From NCBI GenBank assembly GCA_049319825.1, contig JBMORT010000006.1, positions 166,340 to 230,339 on the forward strand: a stretch of 64,000 nt of DNA, given 5' to 3'. Positions within the stretch are counted from its first letter, which is position 1. The number at the start of each line of letters is the position of its first letter. The position numbers and the translations under genes are program-made. Under the pieces are notes generated by a model that worked only from the letters and a program-made list of their open reading frames with translations, did no database searches and was not told where the DNA came from. This DNA is from Patescibacteria group bacterium. GTDB taxonomy: Bacteria > Patescibacteriota > Patescibacteriia > UBA11705 > DATKZF01. Of this stretch, positions 45,601-52,918 are shown in pieces.

Positions 45601-48109
45601 TCCGCTGCCCGCCAATAACAGCGATAATGAAAATACGACGGTCGATCCGGTCAGTGATTTATCATTGACAAAGATCATTGATAATAATAATCCAAGTATT
45701 GGAAATTCGATTAAGTATACTTTAACTCTATTAAATTCCGGTCCCAGTCAAGCGACTAATGTGTTTATTAAAGATTTATTGCCGGCGGGCCTGACTTACG
45801 TCGGTAATACACCGTCTCAGGGAACATATGATTCACTGACAGGCGAATGGACGGTCGGAGTCGTTAATAGCGGCGCCAGCGCCACTTTGGAAGTGAGCGC
45901 GACGGTTAACAGCGGCACGGCCGGGCAAGTGATTAATAATACCGGAGAAGTTATTGCCTGCGATCAACATGATTCTGACTCGACTCCCAATAATAATCTG
46001 CCGGCTGAAGATGACCAAGCGAGCGTTAGTTTAACCGTAAAATCCGGTGGCGGCGGCGGTGGCGGTGGCGGTGGCGGATCTGTTCCTCCGGCAGCCTGCG
46101 TGGCGATTTCCGGCGCGAATTCATCATTAAAAATCAATAATGGCGCTGAAAAAACGGATAGTTTAAGCGTACTGTTAAACTTGTCTTATTCCACCGCTAC
46201 TTCGGTGATGTTTAGCGAGAATTCCGATTTTACCGGCGCTTCTTCTCAGCCGGTATCGGGCAGTTTGCCTTTTTCACTCAGTTCGGGAGCGGGAGAAAAA
46301 AAGGTTTACGCCAAATTATCGAATCAGTGTTCGAGTGTTACTGTTGCTGATACCATTTTATATGAATTGCCCGAATCCGAGGAATGCATCGTTAATTGTG
46401 ACCAAATTACTTATAAACTTTATATTGTCAATCCAGACGGTACCGAGAGGCACGCGGGAACCAATTATGTTCAGCAGGAGCAAGTCGCGGACGGCATTGT
46501 ATTATATAAATTCGAAGACAAAGGCTTGGATTTTGATTATAACGACGTCTTTGTTCAGGTAGACGACCGCAATTGTTCCGGTGTAAAGTTTAGCGTCACC
46601 CGAGAGCTGGAAGCAAGCTGGCACCATCAGATAGGAGTCAATATTTTTTACCAAGGGAAGCTGTCAAAACATATTTTACTCTGGTCGGATTCTCACACTT
46701 CATTCGGAAATGAAAGGACGTATGATTTTTCAACCGACCAGAGTCTCTGCGAAGAGTCAATCGAGCCGATCGAAGAGCCGGAGATCGAGCCTGAACCGGA
46801 AGTGCCAGTCGAGTGCGTCGTTGACTGCGACAAAGTCAAGTTTGATCTATTCATTGTCAATCCCGACGGCACCGAGAGACATTCTGGTACCAGGTTTGTC
46901 GAGGAAGAAAAGGTTTCCGACGGTGTGATATTATATAAATTCGAAGATAAAGGCGAAGATTTTGATTACAATGATGTATTCGTGCAGGTGGACCGTCGCG
47001 ATTGCGCCAATGTGATTTTCAGCGTTACCAAAGAGCTCGAAGCCAGCTGGCATCATCAAATAAAAGTCAGATTATCCGGCAATGGAATAGTCGGCGGCGC
47101 CATCACTCTGTGGCCCGATTCCCACATGTCGTTTGGCAATGAGCGGTCGCTCGATGTTTCCGCCGATCAGAGTCTTTGCCAGCAGTGCGTAACTGATTGC
47201 CAAAGAGTGACTTACGATTTATACATTGTTAATCCTGACGGTACCGAGAGGCGCATGAACAGCCGTTATGCTCAGATTGAAGATCAGGGCAATGGCGTGA
47301 TTTTGGTGAAATTTGAAGACAAGGGAAATGACTTCGATTACAATGACGTTTTAATAAAAGTTGACAAGAGCACTTGTGAAATTATCAAAGTGACTTCGCT
47401 TCAGCTGGAAGCCGGTTGGCATCATCAGATAAAAATCAAGCTGCTGTATGACGGGATCGAGCGAAATGACGTTTTGCTTTGGGCTGATTCGCATCTGTCA
47501 GTGGATCAGTCGAAAGAGGTGAATTTGACCGATTACTCTCGGCTCTGTGAAGTTGATTTGCTGGATAAAGTGGAACAGGCCGCGGTTACAGTTTTTGAGC
47601 ATATTAATTTTTTGGGCAGGTCTCAGACTTTCGTCGCCGGTCAAAAAGTGCCTGAGCTGACTGTTTTTTCTTTCAATAATTTAATATCATCCGTGAAAAT
47701 CGTAGGCAATGCGGCGGTAGATTTTTTCACTGAGGCGTTGTACTCTGGCAGATCAGAGCGTTTTAGCCAAGACGACTTTGATTTAAGAAATAATTCTATC
47801 GGAAACGATACGGTGACGTCGCTTCAAGTGTCTTTACGCGCTCAAAATATTCCATCCGCATCGGCCGCAGCGCTCCGCTGCGGCGGAAATGTTGTCTTCA
47901 GCGAAATGACAGCCGGCGATCAGGGATCGAATGTTGTCTCGCTTCAGGAATTGTTGAAATGTTTGGGATTTTTTCCCCAAGGTCAGCCAGCTACCGGATA
48001 TTTCGGACCGGTTACGGAGAATGCGCTTAAAAATTTTCAGCTGTCAAATGGGATTGAGCCATCCGGGTATTTGGATCAGGCGACCCTGAGCGCGATCAAT
48101 GATTTATAA
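39677..48109 (+). CDS. giant (2810 aa) multi-domain surface protein / putative adhesin
   Basis: N-terminal signal/anchor helix. Aspartate-rich Ca-binding DxDxDG(I/L)xD repeats are TSP3-like (about aa 880-1200). About 8 tandem DUF11 repeats follow (LSLDKLVDN...VTYSS..PSQG...G.W..G). Then come a poly-Gly linker (GGGGGGGGGGGS), 3 tandem DUF4114-like repeats (VNPDGTER...FEDKG.DFDYNDV...WHHQI) and a beta/gamma-crystallin-like domain (VFEHINFLGRSQTF). The C-terminus is a PG_binding_1 domain (LQELLKCLGF...GYFGPVTENALKNFQ). Confidence 0.9.
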   Translation: MLSTVFKIKILKKSFYRFKKIIFVMLSSFIVFFASFLQFDINSAMAADSGFQNPTANAAVTSGAGDNNGYQTSPTNAYADGGGTAIDSNSGSNTNDTCASAGADKHIWSNFNFNIPLGSSIDGIELRQDLSVDSLSDSPFTCVALSWDGGTTWTAYKIASLSTTSETTYTFGNGTDNWGRSWSGGELSNANFRVMIANGDTNNARSRRDFSLDWIAPKIYYTPPTLNQSGYRLFNNADSANVGSPLAALNSAAQLSSGNDNFRLRLLLHDSGVNLPLAGDNFKLQYVDKGVGTCAAPSGGTPASYTDVTAATAIAYSNNPTPADGSALIANANDPSHGADAVINQTYEELNNFTNSQAPVAVGQDGLWDFSLKDNTAPDDKTYCFRVVKSDGSLLNAYSVYPEIMTAEGPPVLMSVVASDPDNWDSVLSNWDRLTLLFNKSTNAPQAGTKTQIDGLINFANPLGANYSGIWQTTNFIDDTLRITVISALGGSLNIGNLISIIADGTEDLKNQSETSPASTTSGNVTGNWGFQKAYYACDAVDQVSYMDVNLGASSKTLLGNLGAANVEAIVYDYNTQTLYGANAGQLGTINQSTGAFSALPNPIGSGNGSLGVLAFNDVDGLAFDPWTSVLYGTVRRDPGKDLLIKINPATGARIANAFGTGVDYVVIDETGVFDDVDDISINPLDDKMYTIGNQGHLTEDQLLIINKLTGAISVQANFGIIPGYDIEGMAFSSDGRMWGTRGVPNELVQVIYNTNPPTITGNVSLAPGCGDPEGIDFQITSTNTVTGRVWDDLDTDGVLDGGEPGLANVTVRLYKDLNSNGLADSLDLLIQSKVTDVSGNYTFKFLALDDFVLEIDDSSLPSGYGLTTDNLEVAAFTSMGELDENNNFGAVAGSDCDGDGIPDFIQGVGINDFDGDTVIDSCDLDVDNDGILNAMESSNDRDGDSIPNFRDVDSDNDGIPDAREANSGVAPTGYNISLGYMTGTDTDGDGLLDQVDSLPAVQYGASASTLPIPNTDSDAVRDFLDGDSDNDGILDIIEAGGADSDGDGEIDSFTDVNGDGYHDPLNTSPLPLPNTDISGKPNYLDLDSDGDGLPDFREGQSTASYHVPLIISDADGNGIIDAYDKSAGGNPIVPVDTDSDGIPDYRDLDTDNDSLTDISIGEGHASATLVGADTDSDGIDNGFDTNNSPSYYFLNNTAVTDNPPPNTFGTSEYNWREFDAVPSADLSLDKLVDNSAPNVGDTITYTITVSNAGPNNATNVSVVDLLPAGVTYSSATPSQGSYNNISGVWTVGTINNGSTASLQISATVNVGTGNSTISNSAQVSASDQADPDSTPNNNMPLEDDQDSDDIDVQAADLSLVKIVDNVTPNVGDIVKYTITVSNGGPDTATNAVVKDILPVGVTYSSDNPSQGSYNSGTGLWTIGTINNGANAVLEINADVDTGTGGTTIDNTAEVYSVDQEDPDSTPDNNVPAEDDQSSVSITVESADVAITKTDAADPVTLGNNIQYDVTVTNNGPSDATNVDVTDTLPAGVTYVSATPSQGSCSELAGTVTCNLNTINNGNSATITIIVTPTSSGSFTNNISVTATESDPTPGNNSDSEDTTVGDVADLSLTKTVDISNPNVGDMITYTITVSNAGAGNATGVSVKDILPAGVTYSSDTPSQGTYNSVTGVWTLGSIANGASAILQISAIVDAGSAGSSIANIAQVSASDQPDPDSTPNNNAPAEDDQDSASITVQSADLSLTKTVDNAAPNEGDTIQYTIILNNSGPDNAENVSVKDLLPVGVTYSFDIPSQGTYDSITGIWNIGNVIGLASATLQISATVDIGSAGIPIVNTAEVIASDQEDPDSTPNNDVPAEDDQDSVIINSSGADLELTKTDSIDPIYLGSNILYNIAVLNNGPADATGVIATDSLPAGVTYVSATPSQGACAEAAGMITCNLNNISNGSSATIAITVIPLSDGIYANSASVSASESDPLPANNSDNENTTVDPVSDLSLTKIIDNNNPSIGNSIKYTLTLLNSGPSQATNVFIKDLLPAGLTYVGNTPSQGTYDSLTGEWTVGVVNSGASATLEVSATVNSGTAGQVINNTGEVIACDQHDSDSTPNNNLPAEDDQASVSLTVKSGGGGGGGGGGGSVPPAACVAISGANSSLKINNGAEKTDSLSVLLNLSYSTATSVMFSENSDFTGASSQPVSGSLPFSLSSGAGEKKVYAKLSNQCSSVTVADTILYELPESEECIVNCDQITYKLYIVNPDGTERHAGTNYVQQEQVADGIVLYKFEDKGLDFDYNDVFVQVDDRNCSGVKFSVTRELEASWHHQIGVNIFYQGKLSKHILLWSDSHTSFGNERTYDFSTDQSLCEESIEPIEEPEIEPEPEVPVECVVDCDKVKFDLFIVNPDGTERHSGTRFVEEEKVSDGVILYKFEDKGEDFDYNDVFVQVDRRDCANVIFSVTKELEASWHHQIKVRLSGNGIVGGAITLWPDSHMSFGNERSLDVSADQSLCQQCVTDCQRVTYDLYIVNPDGTERRMNSRYAQIEDQGNGVILVKFEDKGNDFDYNDVLIKVDKSTCEIIKVTSLQLEAGWHHQIKIKLLYDGIERNDVLLWADSHLSVDQSKEVNLTDYSRLCEVDLLDKVEQAAVTVFEHINFLGRSQTFVAGQKVPELTVFSFNNLISSVKIVGNAAVDFFTEALYSGRSERFSQDDFDLRNNSIGNDTVTSLQVSLRAQNIPSASAAALRCGGNVVFSEMTAGDQGSNVVSLQELLKCLGFFPQGQPATGYFGPVTENALKNFQLSNGIEPSGYLDQATLSAINDL
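43330..46030 (+). repeat. DNA-level tandem array of about 8 DUF11-repeat coding units (~375-390 bp each) inside the giant gene
   Basis: Recurring nucleotide blocks such as GATTTATCTTTG..., CCGGATTCGACTCC/CCTGATTCGACTCC and GAAGATGATCAAG are visible by eye. Boundaries are approximate. Confidence 0.6.
46370..47560 (+). repeat. 3 tandem DUF4114-like coding repeats (~390-420 bp) inside the giant gene
   Basis: TGTGACCAAATTACTTATAAACTTTATATTGTCAATCCAGACGGTACCGAGAGGCAC recurs as ...GTCAATCCCGACGGCACCGAGAGACAT and ...GTTAATCCTGACGGTACCGAGAGGCGC. Confidence 0.65.
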
Positions 48110-48198
48110 GATTTTAACTGATAAAAAAGAAGTTTTTTTCGCTTCTTTTTATTTTTTTTTGACGCGTGATATAATTAATGATGAACCGGGCATAAAAT

Positions 48199-49503
48199 AT
48201 GATTTTATTTGACTATAAAAAAAATTGCGGATTAAATTCTAAACGAATTGAAAAGACCGCGGGCGAATTGTCAAGCTACAAAAATGAATTAAAAATGATT
48301 TCTAAAAAAAGAGATTATCTCTCGGCGGAATCGTCAATCCGGCTGCCGGCTGATTTATATATTGTAAAGCATGTCAAAGCTTTGGCGAAAAGGTTTGACG
48401 GCAGAAGCTTGAAATATATCATGCTGGTCGGCATTGGCGGATCAAATTTGGGCGCCAAGGCGGTTTATGAAGCTCTTTACAGCAAATTCGACTGGCTTGA
48501 TGAAAAGAGGATGCCTAAAATTATTTTCCTGGATACTGTGTCTTCGGAAAAAATGAAATTGGCATTTACTTTATCGAAATCAATCAAGCGGCCGGATGAA
48601 TTGCTGATCATTGCCACCAGCAAATCAGGAACGACCGTGGAGACGGTTGCCAATCTGGAGGTAATTGTCAATCATTTTCAAAGAAAATTTAAAAATATCC
48701 GTGAGCGAATCGTTTTTATCACTGACCAGGATTCTGCGCTTTGGGATATGGCAATAAAAAAAGACATTCACAAGCTGCCGATTCCCGCGGCAGCGGGCGG
48801 ACGCTATTCGGTTTTTTCCGCGGCCGGACTTTTCCCGCTTCATCTGGCGGGAATAAATATTGACGAGCTGCGCCAAGGAGCGCGGCAGGCGGTTAAAGAC
48901 TGCACCTCGGGTTTGTTCGCTAACCCGGCTTTAGTCAGCGCCGCGCTGACCTATTTGCAGTATAAAAGAGGCTGCGTCATTTTCAATAATTTCTTTTTTA
49001 ATCCCGAATACGAGTCGATCGGCAAATGGCAGCGTCAGCTGATGGCTGAAAGCCTGGGCAAAAAGAAAAATTTAAAAGGAAAAGTCGTCAGAGCCGGCAT
49101 CACGCCGATGGTTTCCGTCGGATCGACAGACCTTCATTCCATGGCCCAGCTTTATTTCGGCGGACCGAAAAATATTTTTACCAATTTTATTTACAGCAAA
49201 AGCCGGGGCGAAATTTATCTGCCCAAAAATTTAAAATTTGCCGGCTTGGCCGAGGGCATTAACGGTAAAAGCCTGGAGAGTTTAATGACCGCGATTTACA
49301 GCGGGGTAAAGACAGCTTATCAAAAAAATAAAATGCCTTTCGCGGCCGTTGAGCTCGCCGCGACTGAAAAAAACATCGGCTATTATCTGCAATTTAGAAT
49401 GATCGAAATGATGTATCTGGCAAAATTAATGGATGTAAACGCCTTTGACCAGCCCGGAGTGGAAGATTATAAAAGAGAAATAACGGAATTGTTGAACAAA
49501 TAG
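48199..49503 (+). CDS. pgi: glucose-6-phosphate isomerase (short form)
   Basis: PGI signatures AAGGRYSVFSAAG and VNAFDQPGVEDYK, plus an N-terminal IGIGGSNLGAKAV motif. 434 aa. Confidence 0.8.
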   Translation: MILFDYKKNCGLNSKRIEKTAGELSSYKNELKMISKKRDYLSAESSIRLPADLYIVKHVKALAKRFDGRSLKYIMLVGIGGSNLGAKAVYEALYSKFDWLDEKRMPKIIFLDTVSSEKMKLAFTLSKSIKRPDELLIIATSKSGTTVETVANLEVIVNHFQRKFKNIRERIVFITDQDSALWDMAIKKDIHKLPIPAAAGGRYSVFSAAGLFPLHLAGINIDELRQGARQAVKDCTSGLFANPALVSAALTYLQYKRGCVIFNNFFFNPEYESIGKWQRQLMAESLGKKKNLKGKVVRAGITPMVSVGSTDLHSMAQLYFGGPKNIFTNFIYSKSRGEIYLPKNLKFAGLAEGINGKSLESLMTAIYSGVKTAYQKNKMPFAAVELAATEKNIGYYLQFRMIEMMYLAKLMDVNAFDQPGVEDYKREITELLNK

Positions 49504-49557
49504 GCTTTGTTGTTGACATTTTATGCCAATTTGATATAATACTGTCTATTAAATTAT

Positions 49558-49643
49558 GGGTCGGTACCAAAGTGGTCAACTGGGGCAGACTGTAAATCTG
49601 CTGGCGCAAGCCTTCGGAGGTTCGAATCCTTCCCGGCCCACCA
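49558..49643 (+). tRNA. tRNA-Tyr (anticodon GTA), type-II long variable arm, CCA encoded
   Basis: Hand-folded. Acceptor GGGTCGG/CCGGCCC, anticodon arm GCAGA-CTGTAAA-TCTGC, long variable arm TGGCGCAAGCCTTCGG, T-arm GGAGG-TTCGAAT-CCTTC, discriminator A plus CCA. Terminator hairpin GCTGGCAGGCCAGC plus T-run at 49666-49689. Confidence 0.9.
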
Positions 49644-49883
49644 GCCTTCGCTCCTTCGGAGCTTCGGCTGGCAGGCCAGCTTGCTTTTTAGCTAAGTTGG
49701 TAAATTATAAATTCAGCCAAGAGGCTGTTTTTTTTAATAAAAACAAGGACTATTTGATAACGGCAATAAAAGATGAAAATGATTGCCAACAGGTAATTAT
49801 TATGTTATTATCATGAAGTCCTTTGACATTTAAATACGCTTAGCGGCTGTTGAGACCTTGAAATAAAGGTTTCAGCAAGCTGA

Positions 49884-50957
49884 GTGTCCGAACCCGAACG
49901 GAGCAGGAGCATGGAATGCACGGGTCGTAGTGTCTGCTGGACGCTGATAGTTGCGGTTATCACTTGCGGATGTTCGGTGTCGACCACGAGAGGCGATGCC
50001 CAATTGGAAAAAGACCTGTCATATATCGACGATGCTCAAAGCGATACCATTCCCGTTGACGATTTATTGTACAATTATAATGACACTGTCAATGACAGTG
50101 ATCATGAAATAGTCGAAGACTGTGCCGATCCGGGTGATCAAATTGAATTGAATGATTTTGCAACCATTGAAGCGGTGACAGAAATCGATGGGGTGGAAAT
50201 TTCACTGGAAACTGAAGTGGAACCGGATAGCTGCCACCCTGCGTGCCAAGGTCGCCAGTGCGGCCCGGACGGTTGTGGCAGTGAATGCGGTATTTGCTCA
50301 GATGATCAAATTTGCCTTGACGGCCAGTGCGCTTGCGAGAGTGTTGATTGCGACGACCAATGCTGCGATGCAAAGGAAGTATGCTTCCACGGCCAGTGTT
50401 GTCTTGCTGATTGCGCCTTTGCCGAATGCGGCTCGGACGGTTGTGGAGGAATGTGCGGTGATTGCATCGCCGATGAAATTTGTCACCCGACCGATCGCAT
50501 TTGCGTGGCGGTCACCACCAGCGTTCATATCTCGGGAAATCTCGACAAAAGAGATTTCTTTATGGTCGAAGAGTTCGATCCAGCAAATCCTTATGGCAGT
50601 TCGAATTATGCGATGTCATTCAATATTCGCGACGCCTCCAACAAACTTGTTGAGGCGATGATTTTTTTCGGGAAGTACGGAGACAATTTATGGGAATGGA
50701 ACATCGTGGTTGACGGCCAGACTCAATCATCCGGCATCGCCGGTGAAAACATCGTTTTGGGAAACGGTCAATTGTATTTTGATAATGATGGAGAATTGAT
50801 TCCGAACATGGAGCTGGATTTTATTACTGTTAACCCGGCCAATGCCTTGCCGACTACCATTTTCATTGATTTTGGCTATGATCAAGTCAGTTTTTTCAGT
50901 GTCACTCAGTACTCGAATTTATACACTCTGGATGTTGTAGTGTATCCTGATCTGTAA
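49884..50957 (+). CDS. secreted Cys-rich protein, hypothetical
   Basis: N-terminal hydrophobic signal (SVCWTLIVAVITCGCS) and a Cys-dense core (CQGRQCGPDGCGSECGICSDDQICLDGQCACESVDCDDQCCD...CGSDGCGGMCGDC). RBS GGAGCAGGAGC. Confidence 0.6.
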   Translation: MSEPERSRSMECTGRSVCWTLIVAVITCGCSVSTTRGDAQLEKDLSYIDDAQSDTIPVDDLLYNYNDTVNDSDHEIVEDCADPGDQIELNDFATIEAVTEIDGVEISLETEVEPDSCHPACQGRQCGPDGCGSECGICSDDQICLDGQCACESVDCDDQCCDAKEVCFHGQCCLADCAFAECGSDGCGGMCGDCIADEICHPTDRICVAVTTSVHISGNLDKRDFFMVEEFDPANPYGSSNYAMSFNIRDASNKLVEAMIFFGKYGDNLWEWNIVVDGQTQSSGIAGENIVLGNGQLYFDNDGELIPNMELDFITVNPANALPTTIFIDFGYDQVSFFSVTQYSNLYTLDVVVYPDL

Positions 50958-50963
50958 AGTGCC

Positions 50964-52784
50964 ATGTGCCGCGGGCGAAAGCAGGTCGCTTTCAAACCCG
51001 CAATCAACAGCGCCAGGAAAGGTGGAAACCCCATGAGAAAAACGCTGGTTGCGCTGATCGCATTTCTATTTTGTGCCAACGCTTATGCTTATGATGTTCA
51101 TCCGTATCAGCACATGGAAGATCCGATTTTCGTCAATGTCACGGATCCGGTAAACCTTCCCATTCTCGAAGATACCATCATCATGGCCGATGACAGCATC
51201 ATTATTGCCGTTGCCGAGAATCGATCCGGCACGGCAAATGACGGTATTTATATTTATCGTTCGATTGATGGCGGGCAGAGTTGGACATATCAATCAAAGG
51301 TTGGCGGCGGGCAGTTTCCGTAAAGAAAGCATGTCTCGTTCGCTCGCTATGGAAACACCTTGTATATGCTGCATACCAATGTGAATGATTTAACCAATTG
51401 TTCTGAAAATCATCATTATCCTTATTTTTCACGAAGCACCGATTTTGGAGCTACTTGGGTTCACAAAGGCGCAATCACCGCGCTAAGTACCACTGATTGC
51501 GATCACAATTTTAAGGGAAAATTACAATTGCTTGTCAGCCCGGTCAGCCATTATTTGGTGGCCGCATATTCTGGCACACAAACAAAGATCAATCAGGGCT
51601 CAGTCAAGCCCAGGTACATCATCACACGAACCAGTACCGATGGCGGGGATAATTGGTATCCGGAAAATCAATTTGTCTCTCAGTGGGATTCATCTGCCAT
51701 TGAGCTACTTGATTTGGAGTTTGCTGATAATGATTATTTGGTATTGGTTCATGGGGCGTTTGACGCAACCAGTGAAACCGCTCATGTTTACGCGGATGTT
51801 TCCGCCAACTATGGCGTGTATGATTATGATTATGATTCGGCGATTCTAACCAGCAATTATAGCTCCAACCACCATGCGACATCGGTTACCGGTGGGGACG
51901 CTCAATTCTATGTGGATCAATCCGGAAACAAATCCGTCAAAATCGTTTTTTCCACGGAGGACGACTATCGGTACTCGGAATTGAAATATACCACAATCCT
52001 CGGCTGGTATTTTGATGACGTGGATGGACATCCAGGTTATACTCCCAATTATGTTCTTGGTTATACGCCATTGGGAGGAGCGGCGTTATATAATTGTGTC
52101 AAAGATCCTCACTTGACGGTTGGAACGGAAAACGCTTTGGTTTTGAGTTACAGATATGATACTTATACCGATGATGTTGTCGGTTCGAATATCTATTTTA
52201 AGAGAATCGATTTGCCAAGGCTGCTAACCAATCGTCTCAACAATGAATTCGGTTCCCTTGCCTCGTACAATGACCGGCAATTCCGGGTGCTGAGATTCGT
52301 CGGAAACAGACTATACGGATTTTACACCGATTATGGATATCGGGACACAGCCAATGATGTCAAGGAATTGCGAATCGGGCTGACTGTCTCTGATCCGAAC
52401 AAAGAAGACGACATTCCCGGGTATCAGGATAATATCGTCGTTCGATTTTTGGATGATACTGTTTTTTCGGAAACATTGACCGGCGGTGCAGCGGTCGCTT
52501 GGCGATACGGCAATTTCTCCAATCCGTTCCCCGGCCGGCCAGTGAAAGTCGACATGTGGTTGGAGTACACCTCTCTCGAGCCGGGCGGCGGTTCGCAAAT
52601 TTTGGAAAACGTCGCCTGGAACGACGTTTTATTGGACATGTCCAGCCAAGGCAGTATCAGCGTGGAGAAGCTCTATTTCGGCGGTATCCAGGAAGGCACG
52701 ACCTTGTTGACCGTGCACATCGGCGATGTGGACACTCACACGTCGTGGAGCTCCGACTCCTTTGTGTTCACGCTGGCGTTTTAA
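50964..52784 (+). pseudogene. BNR/Asp-box repeat (sialidase-fold-like) secreted protein interrupted by a single in-frame TAA at 51321-51323
   Basis: ORFs 50964..51323 and 51360..52784 are in the same frame and separated only by the TAA. Asp-box motifs SIDGGQSW (before the stop) and STDFGATW, TSTDGGDNW (after) continue the same repeat series. There is an N-terminal signal peptide. Confidence 0.55.
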
Positions 52785-52800
52785 TTTGATTATTCATTAG

Positions 52801-52827
52801 GGACGAAACCATGTTTCGTCCTTTTTT
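52801..52827 (+). terminator. rho-independent terminator (GGACGAAACCATGTTTCGTCC plus T-run)
   Basis: Perfect 8-bp stem plus T6, immediately after the BNR gene. Confidence 0.65.
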
Positions 52828-52918
52828 AATGTTAAAATCGAGATAATCGGCGCGCTTAGATGCGCGAGCCGGTTTATGCTATAATGTAATCAATCAAACC
52901 CCTGATAATAAGAAGATT

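Noticed and set aside
39903-46928. Short ORFs inside the 2810-aa gene on both strands.
   Set aside because: They are embedded in a continuous 8.4-kb ORF with a coherent domain architecture, so they are spurious frame artefacts.
49556-49816. ORF 49556..49816(+) 86 aa.
   Set aside because: It starts inside tRNA-Tyr and runs through its terminator, so it is not a gene.
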